Positions 18,374 to 27,385 of a DNA stretch of 32,000 bases are shown here, in pieces; the stretch's first letter is position 1, and the number at the start of each line of letters is the position of its first letter. The notes beneath the pieces are model-generated. The model saw only the letters and a program-made list of their open reading frames with translations. It did no database searches and was not told where the DNA came from. A program made the position numbers and the translations under genes. The stretch spans positions 1-32,000 of the forward strand of contig CAZYLT010000003.1 of assembly GCA_964648855.1 (NCBI GenBank). Reading direction: 5' to 3'. Source of the DNA: an uncultured archaeon. Its GTDB lineage: Archaea > Asgardarchaeota > Thorarchaeia > Thorarchaeales > Thorarchaeaceae.

Positions 18374-19684
18374 TCACCTTCCCAGAAGTTCTGATATTGC
18401 CTTCCTGAATTCTTTTAGTTTGACGGTTTCTGTTTTCTTCGTCTTCATGTTTCGGACACTGACTTCTCCTTGATTTAGGTCTCTTTCTCCCACGATAATC
18501 GTATAGGCTGCATCTTTTGAGTCTGCAAGCTCCAACAATGTTCCAAGTGGCCTATCCATCAGGTCAATATCACACTTAAAGCCCATCTCGACCAATGTGT
18601 TCCGAAGCTTCATTCCATGTTTTACCATATCGCTATTTATGGGCGCAAAGAACACATCGAGATCGGTTTCTAGTTTTGATGCATAATCCTGCTCAAGTAG
18701 AATGTCAACAATCCTATCAAGTCCGAGTGAGATGCCAGTGGCCGGCGTTGAGGGTCCGCCAAATTTCTCAACTAGGTTGTCGTATCTCCCACCTGCGAGA
18801 ACTGAGCCTACATCGGGCTCACCAAGATATTTGCCCTCAAAGACGGGTCCGGTATAGTAGTCTAGTCCCCGTGCGAGTGATATATCGAATTCTATGTGCT
18901 CGTTAACCTCGCAACTGTCAAAGATATCGGCCATGAACTCCAATTCCTCCGTTCCCTCTAGCCCAACTTTGTTACCGCTCAGAATGTCACGAAATTCGGA
19001 AAGCACAGCTTTGTTTCCCCCCTTGACATCCAAAACTCCCAACAGGAATTCTGTTGCCGAGTTGCTAATACCTCTTTCTTTGAACTCCTCTCGTACTCCA
19101 TCCTTTCCTATTTTCTCTAGTTTGTCCATAGCTCGGAAACATTCATTTGCCAAACTCTCAGAAACTCCAGCAACCTCTACAAGACCTCGTAGAACCTTTC
19201 TATTGTTGACTTTTACAATGTAGTCCTTTTCGAATACTCTCCTCGCGAATCCCAATGCCAATAACACGACTTCTGCGTCTGCCGCCGGACTATCGGAACC
19301 AATGATGTCTGCATCAGCTTGAAGGAATTCTCTATATCTCCCCGCTTGAGGCCTGTCATAGCGCCATGCCTTGCCAATCGCATACCGTTTGAATGGCTTC
19401 GGCAAATGTAGATTGGATGCTACGATTCTAGCTAATGGAACGGTCAGGTCAAAACGCAGTCCCACTTCTCTATCTCCCTTGTCTGTGAACTTGAAAGTTT
19501 CAGCCTCAACTTCTTCGCCCCCCTTAGCAGACAGAGTCTCCCAGAGCTCCATCGCTGGAGAGTCAAGTGGTTCATATCCGTAACAAGTGAAGACCTCCAC
19601 TGCAATGCTCTTCAGGTAATTCCTAATTTCCATCTCTGGGCCCATGAGGTCTCGCATGCCTCTGACTGTCTGCAAATCTCTCAA
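18374..19684 (-). CDS. hisS: Histidine--tRNA ligase
   Basis: RGMRD, LRFDLTVPLAR, RYDRPQAGRYREFLQAD, ARGLDYYTG, GGRYDNL, anticodon-binding IIVGERD; TTG start. Confidence 0.96.
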   Translation of the reverse strand: MRDLQTVRGMRDLMGPEMEIRNYLKSIAVEVFTCYGYEPLDSPAMELWETLSAKGGEEVEAETFKFTDKGDREVGLRFDLTVPLARIVASNLHLPKPFKRYAIGKAWRYDRPQAGRYREFLQADADIIGSDSPAADAEVVLLALGFARRVFEKDYIVKVNNRKVLRGLVEVAGVSESLANECFRAMDKLEKIGKDGVREEFKERGISNSATEFLLGVLDVKGGNKAVLSEFRDILSGNKVGLEGTEELEFMADIFDSCEVNEHIEFDISLARGLDYYTGPVFEGKYLGEPDVGSVLAGGRYDNLVEKFGGPSTPATGISLGLDRIVDILLEQDYASKLETDLDVFFAPINSDMVKHGMKLRNTLVEMGFKCDIDLMDRPLGTLLELADSKDAAYTIIVGERDLNQGEVSVRNMKTKKTETVKLKEFRKAISELLGR

Positions 19685-19859
19685 AATGAAGTCCTCCGTT
19701 TGCTTACTTGGGAGTCATCTGGGAAAGCCTGCATACATGCCGCTATGTCAAACAAGAAGATGAACAAATTCACCAGCTTTCACTTCAGACACCACGAAAG
19801 ATTGACCTGATTTCAACTTTAAGTTTTATGTTAAACCCCGAACTGGACACGATTGGGCT

Positions 19860-21191
19860 CTAAACAGGAAATATACCCATGAAGAGTAACAGCAAGTATA
19901 CAATTACACTAATGCCCATGAGAAGTGAGTCCCTGCCAACAATCTTCAACAACTTTTCTTCTCGCGTTGCTGTGTATACATAGAGAACCTTGTTGAAAAC
20001 TGAAGTTGTAGTGGCGATGATAACGGCATAGACTGCTGTTGATAGTGTAATGCTTCCAGTTGCAAGGGCAGGTGCAACAATTGCCACAACCGCGCCTGCT
20101 GACACAAATCCGCCAAATACTGCTGCTATTATGATTCCCACATCACTGAAATACTGTTGAAGTAAAAGTGACACATACGTTACGAATGTGAAGACTGCGG
20201 CAAATCGAAGGGCAGCACCGAATTCGAATGGTGAAACAAATTTTGTGTCGATTTCAAACTCTTGTGGTTCCTTACGTATTCTACTCTCATACACTAAACG
20301 AAAAGCCCCAATAATGAGTAAGATGAGAATCGGAACAAGATAGAATCGAATTATCTGGAGTGTCGGGTCCAGAAGAACTACAATCACTCCATTACGGAGA
20401 ACCATTGCCAGATTTGCTAGGATTGTTGATAGCGATATCCTTCCTGGGTGTTCTCTATCCGTTTTAACATAGAAATCTGCAAGGCTTGATACTGTTGCTT
20501 CACTGTTCGCGAATCCGCCAAAGAACCCAAAGAAATACACCCCTCTATTCTTGTACTTCTTGACTAGAATGTAATTCGCGAAACTGATTGCCAATAAGAG
20601 GACTACCAATGCATATGTCTGGAATAATGGGAATGTAACTCCCGCGAGCTCAATGCTTTGAGGAATGAGAGGCCAGAAAAAGAGAATCAAAACACCTAGT
20701 TCTGCTGCAGAAATCATTTCGTCGCGAGTGACAACTGCAACTGCCGCAGCTATATCCTCCTTGAATCCAAGTACTAGGAAGACAAGAAAGGCAACTGTCA
20801 TTGCTAGTACTTGAAGAGTGCCAACCAGTTGTCCCTCGGGCGGTGTATCAAGGCCAACCAATGCTCCCAGAACGAATGACATCGCAAAGACGAGAGAAGT
20901 TGTTAGTCCCTTCCGCATTGTCCTCAGAATTTTGTACGTCACGTGGAGCGACACAATGACAATGGAAATCGCAGTTCCATAGACCAAAACGATATTATTA
21001 CCCGTAACTGTGAATGTATAGGCAGAAAGAGTCCCGAGTAGACTATGTAGACCAAAGGATCTCACGCCAACAGTGGATTCTTCAATCATTCTCTTTTGAC
21101 GTTCTAAGCCAATGAGCCCACCCACTGCGAAACCAATTAGAAGGCGAAGAACTAGATTTGGACTCAATAACAGGGCAGGGTCTATTTGCAT
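19860..21191 (-). CDS. MgtC/SapB family membrane protein with DUF4010 domain
   Basis: GGLIGLERQ, GVRSFGL, GLTT, VVLLLAISFANY, GFFGGFANSEAT; about 13 hydrophobic segments. Confidence 0.85.
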   Translation of the reverse strand: MQIDPALLLSPNLVLRLLIGFAVGGLIGLERQKRMIEESTVGVRSFGLHSLLGTLSAYTFTVTGNNIVLVYGTAISIVIVSLHVTYKILRTMRKGLTTSLVFAMSFVLGALVGLDTPPEGQLVGTLQVLAMTVAFLVFLVLGFKEDIAAAVAVVTRDEMISAAELGVLILFFWPLIPQSIELAGVTFPLFQTYALVVLLLAISFANYILVKKYKNRGVYFFGFFGGFANSEATVSSLADFYVKTDREHPGRISLSTILANLAMVLRNGVIVVLLDPTLQIIRFYLVPILILLIIGAFRLVYESRIRKEPQEFEIDTKFVSPFEFGAALRFAAVFTFVTYVSLLLQQYFSDVGIIIAAVFGGFVSAGAVVAIVAPALATGSITLSTAVYAVIIATTTSVFNKVLYVYTATREEKLLKIVGRDSLLMGISVIVYLLLLFMGIFPV

Positions 21192-21259
21192 AGGAAATCA
21201 CTGGAATATGGTTTGTGAATTTCCTGACATTTAAGCTGTACCATTACAGACTCTCGATA

Positions 21260-21275
21260 TAAAAAGAAAAGAAGG
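21260..21275 (-). terminator. Oligo-T archaeal terminator candidate downstream of rpoK
   Basis: Minus strand reads CCTTCTTTTCTTTTTA about 10-25 nt after the rpoK stop. Confidence 0.45.
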
Positions 21276-21285
21276 CTGGAGGATT

Positions 21286-21963
21286 TTAGTCCAGCCGTGT
21301 ATTCTTTAGAAGAACGGTCAATGGAATATCTTTATGCTCGCCAGTCGGAAGAGTACGACGAACAGTCATGGGCAGAGCCCCCGATGTAAGCTCGGTTTCA
21401 GCGATAGCAAAAAGATCAGAAGGTGCTTGATTAGCACCTATGAGGATTGGTGCTCCCATGGATATCTGAAGCGCTCGAGCGCCAACGATACGCGCTTTCT
21501 CGAATCTGGTTAGCCACTTTGGGCCCATATCAATACCCATTTCTCGTTTTTCCTTATCGAGCCCAGTCACAAGACTGGTGCGCTCCATTTCGGCTTCCAG
21601 CTCCTCAGCAGGAGGCATACCTACCGTTTCAGGGTCGGGCTCTTGAGCTCGTTTTCTCCTTGCTCTTCTGGCTCTAGCTCTAGCTCTGAGGTCCAGAGAC
21701 CCCTTTCTCTGCAATACCTTGCGCAGTTTCCTTGCTTCTGTGATGACCTCTTCAGCTTTTGAAATACTAATTCCAGACACTGCCTCTGCCATTGCCTCAG
21801 CTTCGGCTTTAGCCAAGCTATCAACGGTATTGTAACCCTCATCGAATAGCTTCTGGACCGTTTTTGGACCTATTCCTGGAATATGTTCAAAGATTTCTTT
21901 CGTCCGTTCTTTGGACAGGTCCAGCTGATTCTTGTCATCTTCGTTATTGGAGTCTTCTGGCAT
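21286..21963 (-). CDS. rpoK: RNA polymerase subunit Rpo6 (K/omega) with a long N-terminal extension containing a helix-hairpin-helix domain
   Basis: C-terminal LTRFEKARIVGARALQISMGAPILI...IAETEL..GALPMTVRRTLP is Rpo6/RPB6; N-terminal IPGIGPKTVQKLFDEGY.TV..LA.A...VSGISISKAEEVI..AR is an HhH pair. Confidence 0.9.
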   Translation of the reverse strand: MPEDSNNEDDKNQLDLSKERTKEIFEHIPGIGPKTVQKLFDEGYNTVDSLAKAEAEAMAEAVSGISISKAEEVITEARKLRKVLQRKGSLDLRARARARRARRKRAQEPDPETVGMPPAEELEAEMERTSLVTGLDKEKREMGIDMGPKWLTRFEKARIVGARALQISMGAPILIGANQAPSDLFAIAETELTSGALPMTVRRTLPTGEHKDIPLTVLLKNTRLD

Positions 21964-21987
21964 TTAATGCTACACCTTCAACTGAAT

Positions 21988-23616
21988 CTATTCTTCGTCG
22001 AAGTCCTCTCCGCCTGGTGCGCCACCCATTCCGCCACCGCCCTTTGAGCTAATAACGTCATCAATCTTCAGGATCATCTGCGCAGCCTCAGCAGCTGACA
22101 TAATGATTTGCCTATTGACGAGTGCGGATTCCACAACTTTGGCCTTCTTCATATCACGAACTTTGCCGCCTAGCACGTCGACACCATGTGTCAACTTGCC
22201 TTCTGCATGAGCAGATCGCAATGCGACAAGAATGTCAATTGGATCTAAGCCTCCATTCTCGGCAAGTGTGGAGGGTAGTGACTCGATAGCATCCGCAAAC
22301 GAGTTCACCGCATACTGCTCACGGCCAACAAGGCTCGATGCGTAGTTACGAAGTTCCTTGGCAATCTCTGCCGCAAGGGCACCGCCCCCATATGTGATCT
22401 CTGGCTGAATGACTATATTACGAACCACATAGAGTGCATCATTCAAGGCCCTATCAACCTCATCAACGATATGGTCTGTTCCTCCGCGAACCATGATGGT
22501 TGCAACTGACGACTTGGGAGTTCCCTCCACAAACAGCATCTTATCATCACTAATCGTACGCTGCTCGACAACCTTAGCTTTGCCAAGGTCATCCTTAGTC
22601 AAATTCTTGAGTTTTGAAACAATACCGGCTCCGGTAGCCTTGCTCAATCGCTCAATATCTGATTTCTTGATTCGTCGAACTGCAAGAATACCGTTCTTAG
22701 CCAAGTAGTGTTGAGCGACATCGTCAATACCCTTCTGTGCAATGACAACTGTGGCGCCAACATCGATTATTTTTTGAACCATGTCCTTCAGCATTTTCTC
22801 TTCTTCGTCAAGGAAGTTTTGCATCGCTGCGGGATCGCTGATTGAAATCTTTGCATCAAATTCAGTCTTAGTGACTTCAATGGGTGTTTCAAGCAGGACA
22901 ATCTTGGCATTGGTCACCTTCTTAGGCATGCCCGGATGTACTACCTCTTTGTCCAGAACAATACCGTTAATCAATTCAGTCCGAGAAACTTCTAGTCCCT
23001 TCTGTTTTTGCCTGGGTATGTTATCCATATCAAACTCTGCATCAGGGTCTCTTCCTTTCTCAACAGCCAGGACTGCATCCACTACAACCTTAGCAAGGTG
23101 GTCGCGTGATGTAGAAACGAACTTGCTTGACATAGCTGTTTTGGCTGCATCAATCAGTATTTTCTTGAACTTTGGATCCTCTTTATCTAGCTTCTCAGAA
23201 ACTTCATCAATGACCTGAAGAGCTTTTTCTCTGGCCTTTTGATACCCGCTGATAATTGTCGTCGGGTGAATTTTTTGGTCGAGGAGTTCCTCAGCCAAAC
23301 GTAATAGGTCTCCAGTGAGAATTGCTGCTGTTGTGGTTCCGTCTCCAGCTTCTTGGTCAACGGTCTTTGCAACTTCGATAACCATCTTCGCAGCAGGATG
23401 GGCCACATCCATTTCCTTCAAGATGGTTGCTCCGTCACTGCTTACTGTGACATCTCCAAAGCCGTCTACGAGCATTTTATCCATGCCTCTCGGGCCTAGC
23501 GCAGATTTGACAGCTTCAGCAATGACAACGGCAGCCATGATGTTGTTGCGTTGTGCATCGCGGCCCCTTGTTCTTTCAGTGTCTTCTCTTAATACAAGGA
23601 TTGGTACTTGACTCAT
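21988..23616 (-). CDS. ths: Thermosome (group II chaperonin) subunit
   Basis: LGPRGMDKML, SDGATIL, GDGTTT, VRGG, RIKKSD, ILKIDD, GGM-rich tail; GGAGG at 23625-23629. Confidence 0.96.
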   Translation of the reverse strand: MSQVPILVLREDTERTRGRDAQRNNIMAAVVIAEAVKSALGPRGMDKMLVDGFGDVTVSSDGATILKEMDVAHPAAKMVIEVAKTVDQEAGDGTTTAAILTGDLLRLAEELLDQKIHPTTIISGYQKAREKALQVIDEVSEKLDKEDPKFKKILIDAAKTAMSSKFVSTSRDHLAKVVVDAVLAVEKGRDPDAEFDMDNIPRQKQKGLEVSRTELINGIVLDKEVVHPGMPKKVTNAKIVLLETPIEVTKTEFDAKISISDPAAMQNFLDEEEKMLKDMVQKIIDVGATVVIAQKGIDDVAQHYLAKNGILAVRRIKKSDIERLSKATGAGIVSKLKNLTKDDLGKAKVVEQRTISDDKMLFVEGTPKSSVATIMVRGGTDHIVDEVDRALNDALYVVRNIVIQPEITYGGGALAAEIAKELRNYASSLVGREQYAVNSFADAIESLPSTLAENGGLDPIDILVALRSAHAEGKLTHGVDVLGGKVRDMKKAKVVESALVNRQIIMSAAEAAQMILKIDDVISSKGGGGMGGAPGGEDFDEE

Positions 23617-23692
23617 GATTTATTCCTCCATACTAGCCTGTGGGTCTTTAGCTAGTTTGACAAAACTGTACATGCACTTCGCATCGTTTTTT

Positions 23693-23710
23693 TGCATTTA
23701 AAGATTGTCT
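23693..23710 (-). promoter_or_regulatory. Candidate TATA box upstream of the thermosome gene
   Basis: Minus strand AGACAATCTTTAAATGCA in the 159-bp gap; position not validated. Confidence 0.35.
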
Positions 23711-23775
23711 TACACACTTGTCTTGTCAAATGTGACGCGATTCTAATGAAATAAAAAGCTTGCCAACTAGCAACA

Positions 23776-24699
23776 TTATCCGTGTAGGACCCGTGGGCGG
23801 CGTAAAACAACATTGTCTCCTTGCTTAGCACCGATTGCATTGGAAATATGTGAGCACTTGGCTCTCGTAATGTAATAGGTTTCTACATTCATTTCCCTCT
23901 GAATCTCAGGAAATGTTTCAATATTTGCTTGCCCCTTTGATATGACCAAATCTGACGACTGAATTGCTTCTAGAAACTCTTGACTCACCCACTTCAGGGG
24001 TACTCCGTGAGCCCAGGCTCCAGTGTCAATTATCTCAGCATAGTCTTCAATTTCTGTTCCTTCAACATCCTCTCTGGTCACATCATTCACCATTGGCTCT
24101 CCTTTTACGACATAGATGATGTTCCAACCAATGTCGCTCATGATTCTAAGAAGAGGGATATCAAAGAGATTCTCCCCTGCATTATCCGCCAAGAATGAAA
24201 CTTCACCTGCTTTTGATTTCAAAGATTGCCATAGATACTGGGAGTCGTCGATAGCAAAACCATCATCCAAAATATCTTCGAAGACCTCTGCAAGTTTGCT
24301 CAAATCAGGTCGATGACCCGCCGTATTGAAATCGATGAAGTTGCCTGCTATAGATGCTGCCAAGGAAGCTCGTAATCGGGAATACCCATCATATTGATCA
24401 ACTCTATCCAACACGACTGGAAGTGCTAGTCTTGCAGCTTGTATGCTCTGGTCCTTTATCTTTCGGTACGGATCTCTTTTTCCAGCCTTTTTGTAGAGTT
24501 CCCGATATAGTTCGATTGACAATGGTGCGGGTGGTTTCTTCTCAGCATATCCATTGGCCAGTTTTTTATAGGCAAGACTCAGCAAGTCATATTGCTCACT
24601 GCTATCTTCGCTGAGTAATGGTATGAGGGTCTGTAGGCTATTGAGAATACAGGCTGAGCAAGCGGGAATTAAAGGTACAACTATATGGTCGATGTTCAT
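23776..24699 (-). CDS. DUF89/ARMT1-like damage-control phosphatase
   Basis: CSAC, DPY..IK, AGNFIDF, ADNAGE..FD, P.VNDVT, ISKGQANIET, AKC; ATG 24699 lies 4 nt after the rimI stop. Confidence 0.88.
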   Translation of the reverse strand: MNIDHIVVPLIPACSACILNSLQTLIPLLSEDSSEQYDLLSLAYKKLANGYAEKKPPAPLSIELYRELYKKAGKRDPYRKIKDQSIQAARLALPVVLDRVDQYDGYSRLRASLAASIAGNFIDFNTAGHRPDLSKLAEVFEDILDDGFAIDDSQYLWQSLKSKAGEVSFLADNAGENLFDIPLLRIMSDIGWNIIYVVKGEPMVNDVTREDVEGTEIEDYAEIIDTGAWAHGVPLKWVSQEFLEAIQSSDLVISKGQANIETFPEIQREMNVETYYITRAKCSHISNAIGAKQGDNVVLRRPRVLHG

Positions 24700-24703
24700 C
24701 ACT

Positions 24704-25210
24704 TTATTCCTCCGGCTCATGCTTTTTGACCATTAGAAGGGCATCCTCGCCATCTCGGTAGTATCCCTTTAACGTTCGCTTTATTTCGAATTTCAAGTTC
24801 TCATAGACCGATATGGCCTCTTTGTTGGTTTCTCTCACTTCCAGAAAGAACTCGCTAACACCATACTCAGCCATGCCCTCCATTGCCGCCTCGATGAGAG
24901 CTGAACCGATTCCTTGATTGCGACAATCAGGCTTGACGGCAACCGACACAATATGCCCCTTTTTCGTAGGGAGTTTGCCAAAGCTGGAAATACCGCGTTC
25001 TATTCGGCACATGATGTAGCCGCAGAGTTCATCCTCGCCCTTGCTTTCAGCGACAATAAATGCATCCGGAGCATGGTAATGAAGCCCCAGAAAAAACTGG
25101 TCGGGATAGTTTTCGGGAAGACAGATCCTGTTTATGCCCACAACTGACCTGATATCATCCTTTTGGAACTTCCTGATTTCAATCTCTTGTTCCGTTTGTA
25201 GTCCCTCCAA
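24704..25210 (-). CDS. Ard1/RimI-type protein N-terminal acetyltransferase
   Basis: IN..CLPENY (Ard1/NAA10 motif), GYIMCRIE, GHIVSVAV...R.QGIG, LEVRETN..A...YE, YYRDGEDA. Confidence 0.9.
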   Translation of the reverse strand: MEGLQTEQEIEIRKFQKDDIRSVVGINRICLPENYPDQFFLGLHYHAPDAFIVAESKGEDELCGYIMCRIERGISSFGKLPTKKGHIVSVAVKPDCRNQGIGSALIEAAMEGMAEYGVSEFFLEVRETNKEAISVYENLKFEIKRTLKGYYRDGEDALLMVKKHEPEE

Positions 25211-25291
25211 GATTTGTGGGCGGTCGTTTTGGGTATTAGGCGTCTTTTATGGATTTTGTAAATGACATCTCCATATGAAAATCGAAACGGA

Positions 25292-26035
25292 CTAATTCCC
25301 ATGTCTATCGAGCCATCTACGTACTTCTTCGTAGTCTATACTGGATGTCTCTTGATTCGCTGCTCTGACCCAATTCTCCACACGGGCTATGTCGATTAAA
25401 TACCCTTTTGGAAGGTCTAGTTCGCCTTCTTTTACAGCTTCCATAATATCTTGGAGCATCACATTCGGGTCCGCCATTGATAAATCCAAAATACTAGTTA
25501 TTCCTGCGCCATATGTAACTGCTCTTGCATCCGCTATCCACTTCTGAGCAGTCTGTTTACCAATGCTACAAATTCGCATGATTTCACTCACGGTGACGAC
25601 CGACAAATCTTCCAAATCCCTGATTTCATGCTTTTCAAGTTTCAAGGCACATTCTTTTCTCACGTCTTCAACAATCGTAATAGGTATGGTTTCATCTAGG
25701 TCGCTGAGCGAAAGACGAGGATATGGCTCACTCTCGTAGTCGTTTTCTTCCAGTTCATCGAATATTGCTTGTCTTATGCGTTCCTCAAACGCACTCAAAT
25801 CCTCATTTCCTCTTCGATAAATAACTCTCCTTTGCCTTTGGACATGATATGGCATTGATGGTATCTTCTGTCTCAGCTTTCTGCAGGACCAACGGATCCA
25901 CAGTAACATGGCAGTCAATAGCATAAGGGCAGATAGTAATGTGTTGCTCCACCAAAGCACCATTGATGCAATCAAAACTACAGATGATATGATTGCGATA
26001 CTGGCGTCGGAGGTAAGCGATTCTTTGCTAGGCAT
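25292..26035 (-). CDS. Membrane-anchored protein with C-terminal HhH/DUF4332-like domain
   Basis: Two N-terminal TM helices; ICSIGKQTAQKWIADA and AGITSILDLSMADP...VENWVRAA resemble DUF4332/HhH repeats. Confidence 0.55.
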   Translation of the reverse strand: MPSKESLTSDASIAIISSVVLIASMVLWWSNTLLSALMLLTAMLLWIRWSCRKLRQKIPSMPYHVQRQRRVIYRRGNEDLSAFEERIRQAIFDELEENDYESEPYPRLSLSDLDETIPITIVEDVRKECALKLEKHEIRDLEDLSVVTVSEIMRICSIGKQTAQKWIADARAVTYGAGITSILDLSMADPNVMLQDIMEAVKEGELDLPKGYLIDIARVENWVRAANQETSSIDYEEVRRWLDRHGN

Positions 26036-26152
26036 TGGTACAATCTCGATTTGTTCTGGCTATATTAACAAAATCTACTCTTATAAGCAATAAGAGAAAG
26101 GCAGTTTGCTATATCCAATATCTTATGAATGGACTCTAAGCGGTTTTCTATT

Positions 26153-26722
26153 ATGAGTGTAATTGTTATCGGCGGCAACCCTGGAACAGGGAAGACCATG
26201 ATTGCAACTGAACTATCAGAGAAGTTACGCCTCCCCGTAGTGCAACTTGGGACAATCGCAGAAGAAAATGGATGCATAAGAGAACATGATGCGGCCCGCT
26301 CTTCAAATGTGATTGACGAAGATTGCTTGGTCGAGGCAATACATGATTTGCTCTATGAAACTGATGAAGACTTCATTATCGAGGGGCATTATGTTGATCT
26401 TGTTCCCAGTAGGAAGGTGAAGGAGATTATCATCCTCAGAACACATCCTGATGTCCTTAGAGAACGCCTTCTTGAGCGAGGTTATGATAAGGGCAAAGTG
26501 AACGAAAACGTAGAGGCGGAAGTCATGGGTGTATGTCAGATGGATGCAATCTTCTCATTTGGCGAAGATGCCGTATATGAGATTGATACAACTACCATGT
26601 CTGTTCAAGAATGCGTCACATCAATCATGGAGATTCTTGGCTCTAAGAAGACACCTGAGCATATCGATTGGATGGATGTCCTAGAGGAGCAGGGTATTCT
26701 CGACGACTATATCTCAATCTAA
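26153..26722 (+). CDS. Adenylate kinase 6 / Fap7-like P-loop kinase
   Basis: GGNPGTGKT, IIEGHY, LRTHPDVLRERL..RGY...KV.ENVEAE, EIDTT, IDW; start 26129 or 26153. Confidence 0.9.
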   Translation: MSVIVIGGNPGTGKTMIATELSEKLRLPVVQLGTIAEENGCIREHDAARSSNVIDEDCLVEAIHDLLYETDEDFIIEGHYVDLVPSRKVKEIIILRTHPDVLRERLLERGYDKGKVNENVEAEVMGVCQMDAIFSFGEDAVYEIDTTTMSVQECVTSIMEILGSKKTPEHIDWMDVLEEQGILDDYISI

Positions 26723-26723
26723 T

Positions 26724-27329
26724 CTATTCTTTTTCCCGTAACGCAATTGATAGCATAGCAGCGAGACCCATGATTATCATTGATAATGGAGTTCCTGTTG
26801 CACTAATCTGTCCGACGAGATCTGGGTCCGCAGTCACTGCAAACGTTACCAAGAAGAACACATAGGCACCAGACATTAACATGAGCATTCCCGGAATAAT
26901 TGAAAGGTAAGTGGCTCTTGGATCATTATATGCGAAGATACCGAGAATGATTGTTGTGATTCCGGCTATTAGTGGAAACATGAAGAATACATTGCCTTGG
27001 CTTACCATTGCGTCAAAGAATGTATCAAATCCATAAATGCGCGTCTCTTGATTCATAACTACTAGAAATTCAGTCCAGATGGATAGAATACCTGAAACAA
27101 TTAGGATTGCAGATGGCCATCTATAGTGTATCAGACCCAATTCACGCTTCCTTAGCTGTTTCTTGAGGTCCTTGGCTCTTCTCACCCTCTCAGCTTCTTT
27201 CTCTTTTTCAATTTCACGTTCTCTCGCTGTGAGGCCGTCATCTGATTCTTCTTCATTATCTACAGCCCGAACAATCTCCTCTGCTATTTCTTTAGAATCA
27301 TCCGAGTTGTTTGAGGTTGCTTCTGTCAT
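26724..27329 (-). CDS. Hypothetical membrane protein (charged coiled N-terminus plus 4 TM)
   Basis: Glu/Lys/Arg-rich N-terminal helix followed by four hydrophobic segments. Confidence 0.65.
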   Translation of the reverse strand: MTEATSNNSDDSKEIAEEIVRAVDNEEESDDGLTAREREIEKEKEAERVRRAKDLKKQLRKRELGLIHYRWPSAILIVSGILSIWTEFLVVMNQETRIYGFDTFFDAMVSQGNVFFMFPLIAGITTIILGIFAYNDPRATYLSIIPGMLMLMSGAYVFFLVTFAVTADPDLVGQISATGTPLSMIIMGLAAMLSIALREKE

Positions 27330-27385
27330 CTGAGCTCAACCTTCAGACTGCTTTGAATTATATAAGCCTCAGCGTCTACGTAGAA

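Noticed and set aside
22493-23611. Several plus-strand ORFs within the thermosome gene, and similar ones inside thiP, hisS, the GRE and the MTase
   Set aside because: Antisense or alternate-frame shadows of well-supported genes, with no motifs.
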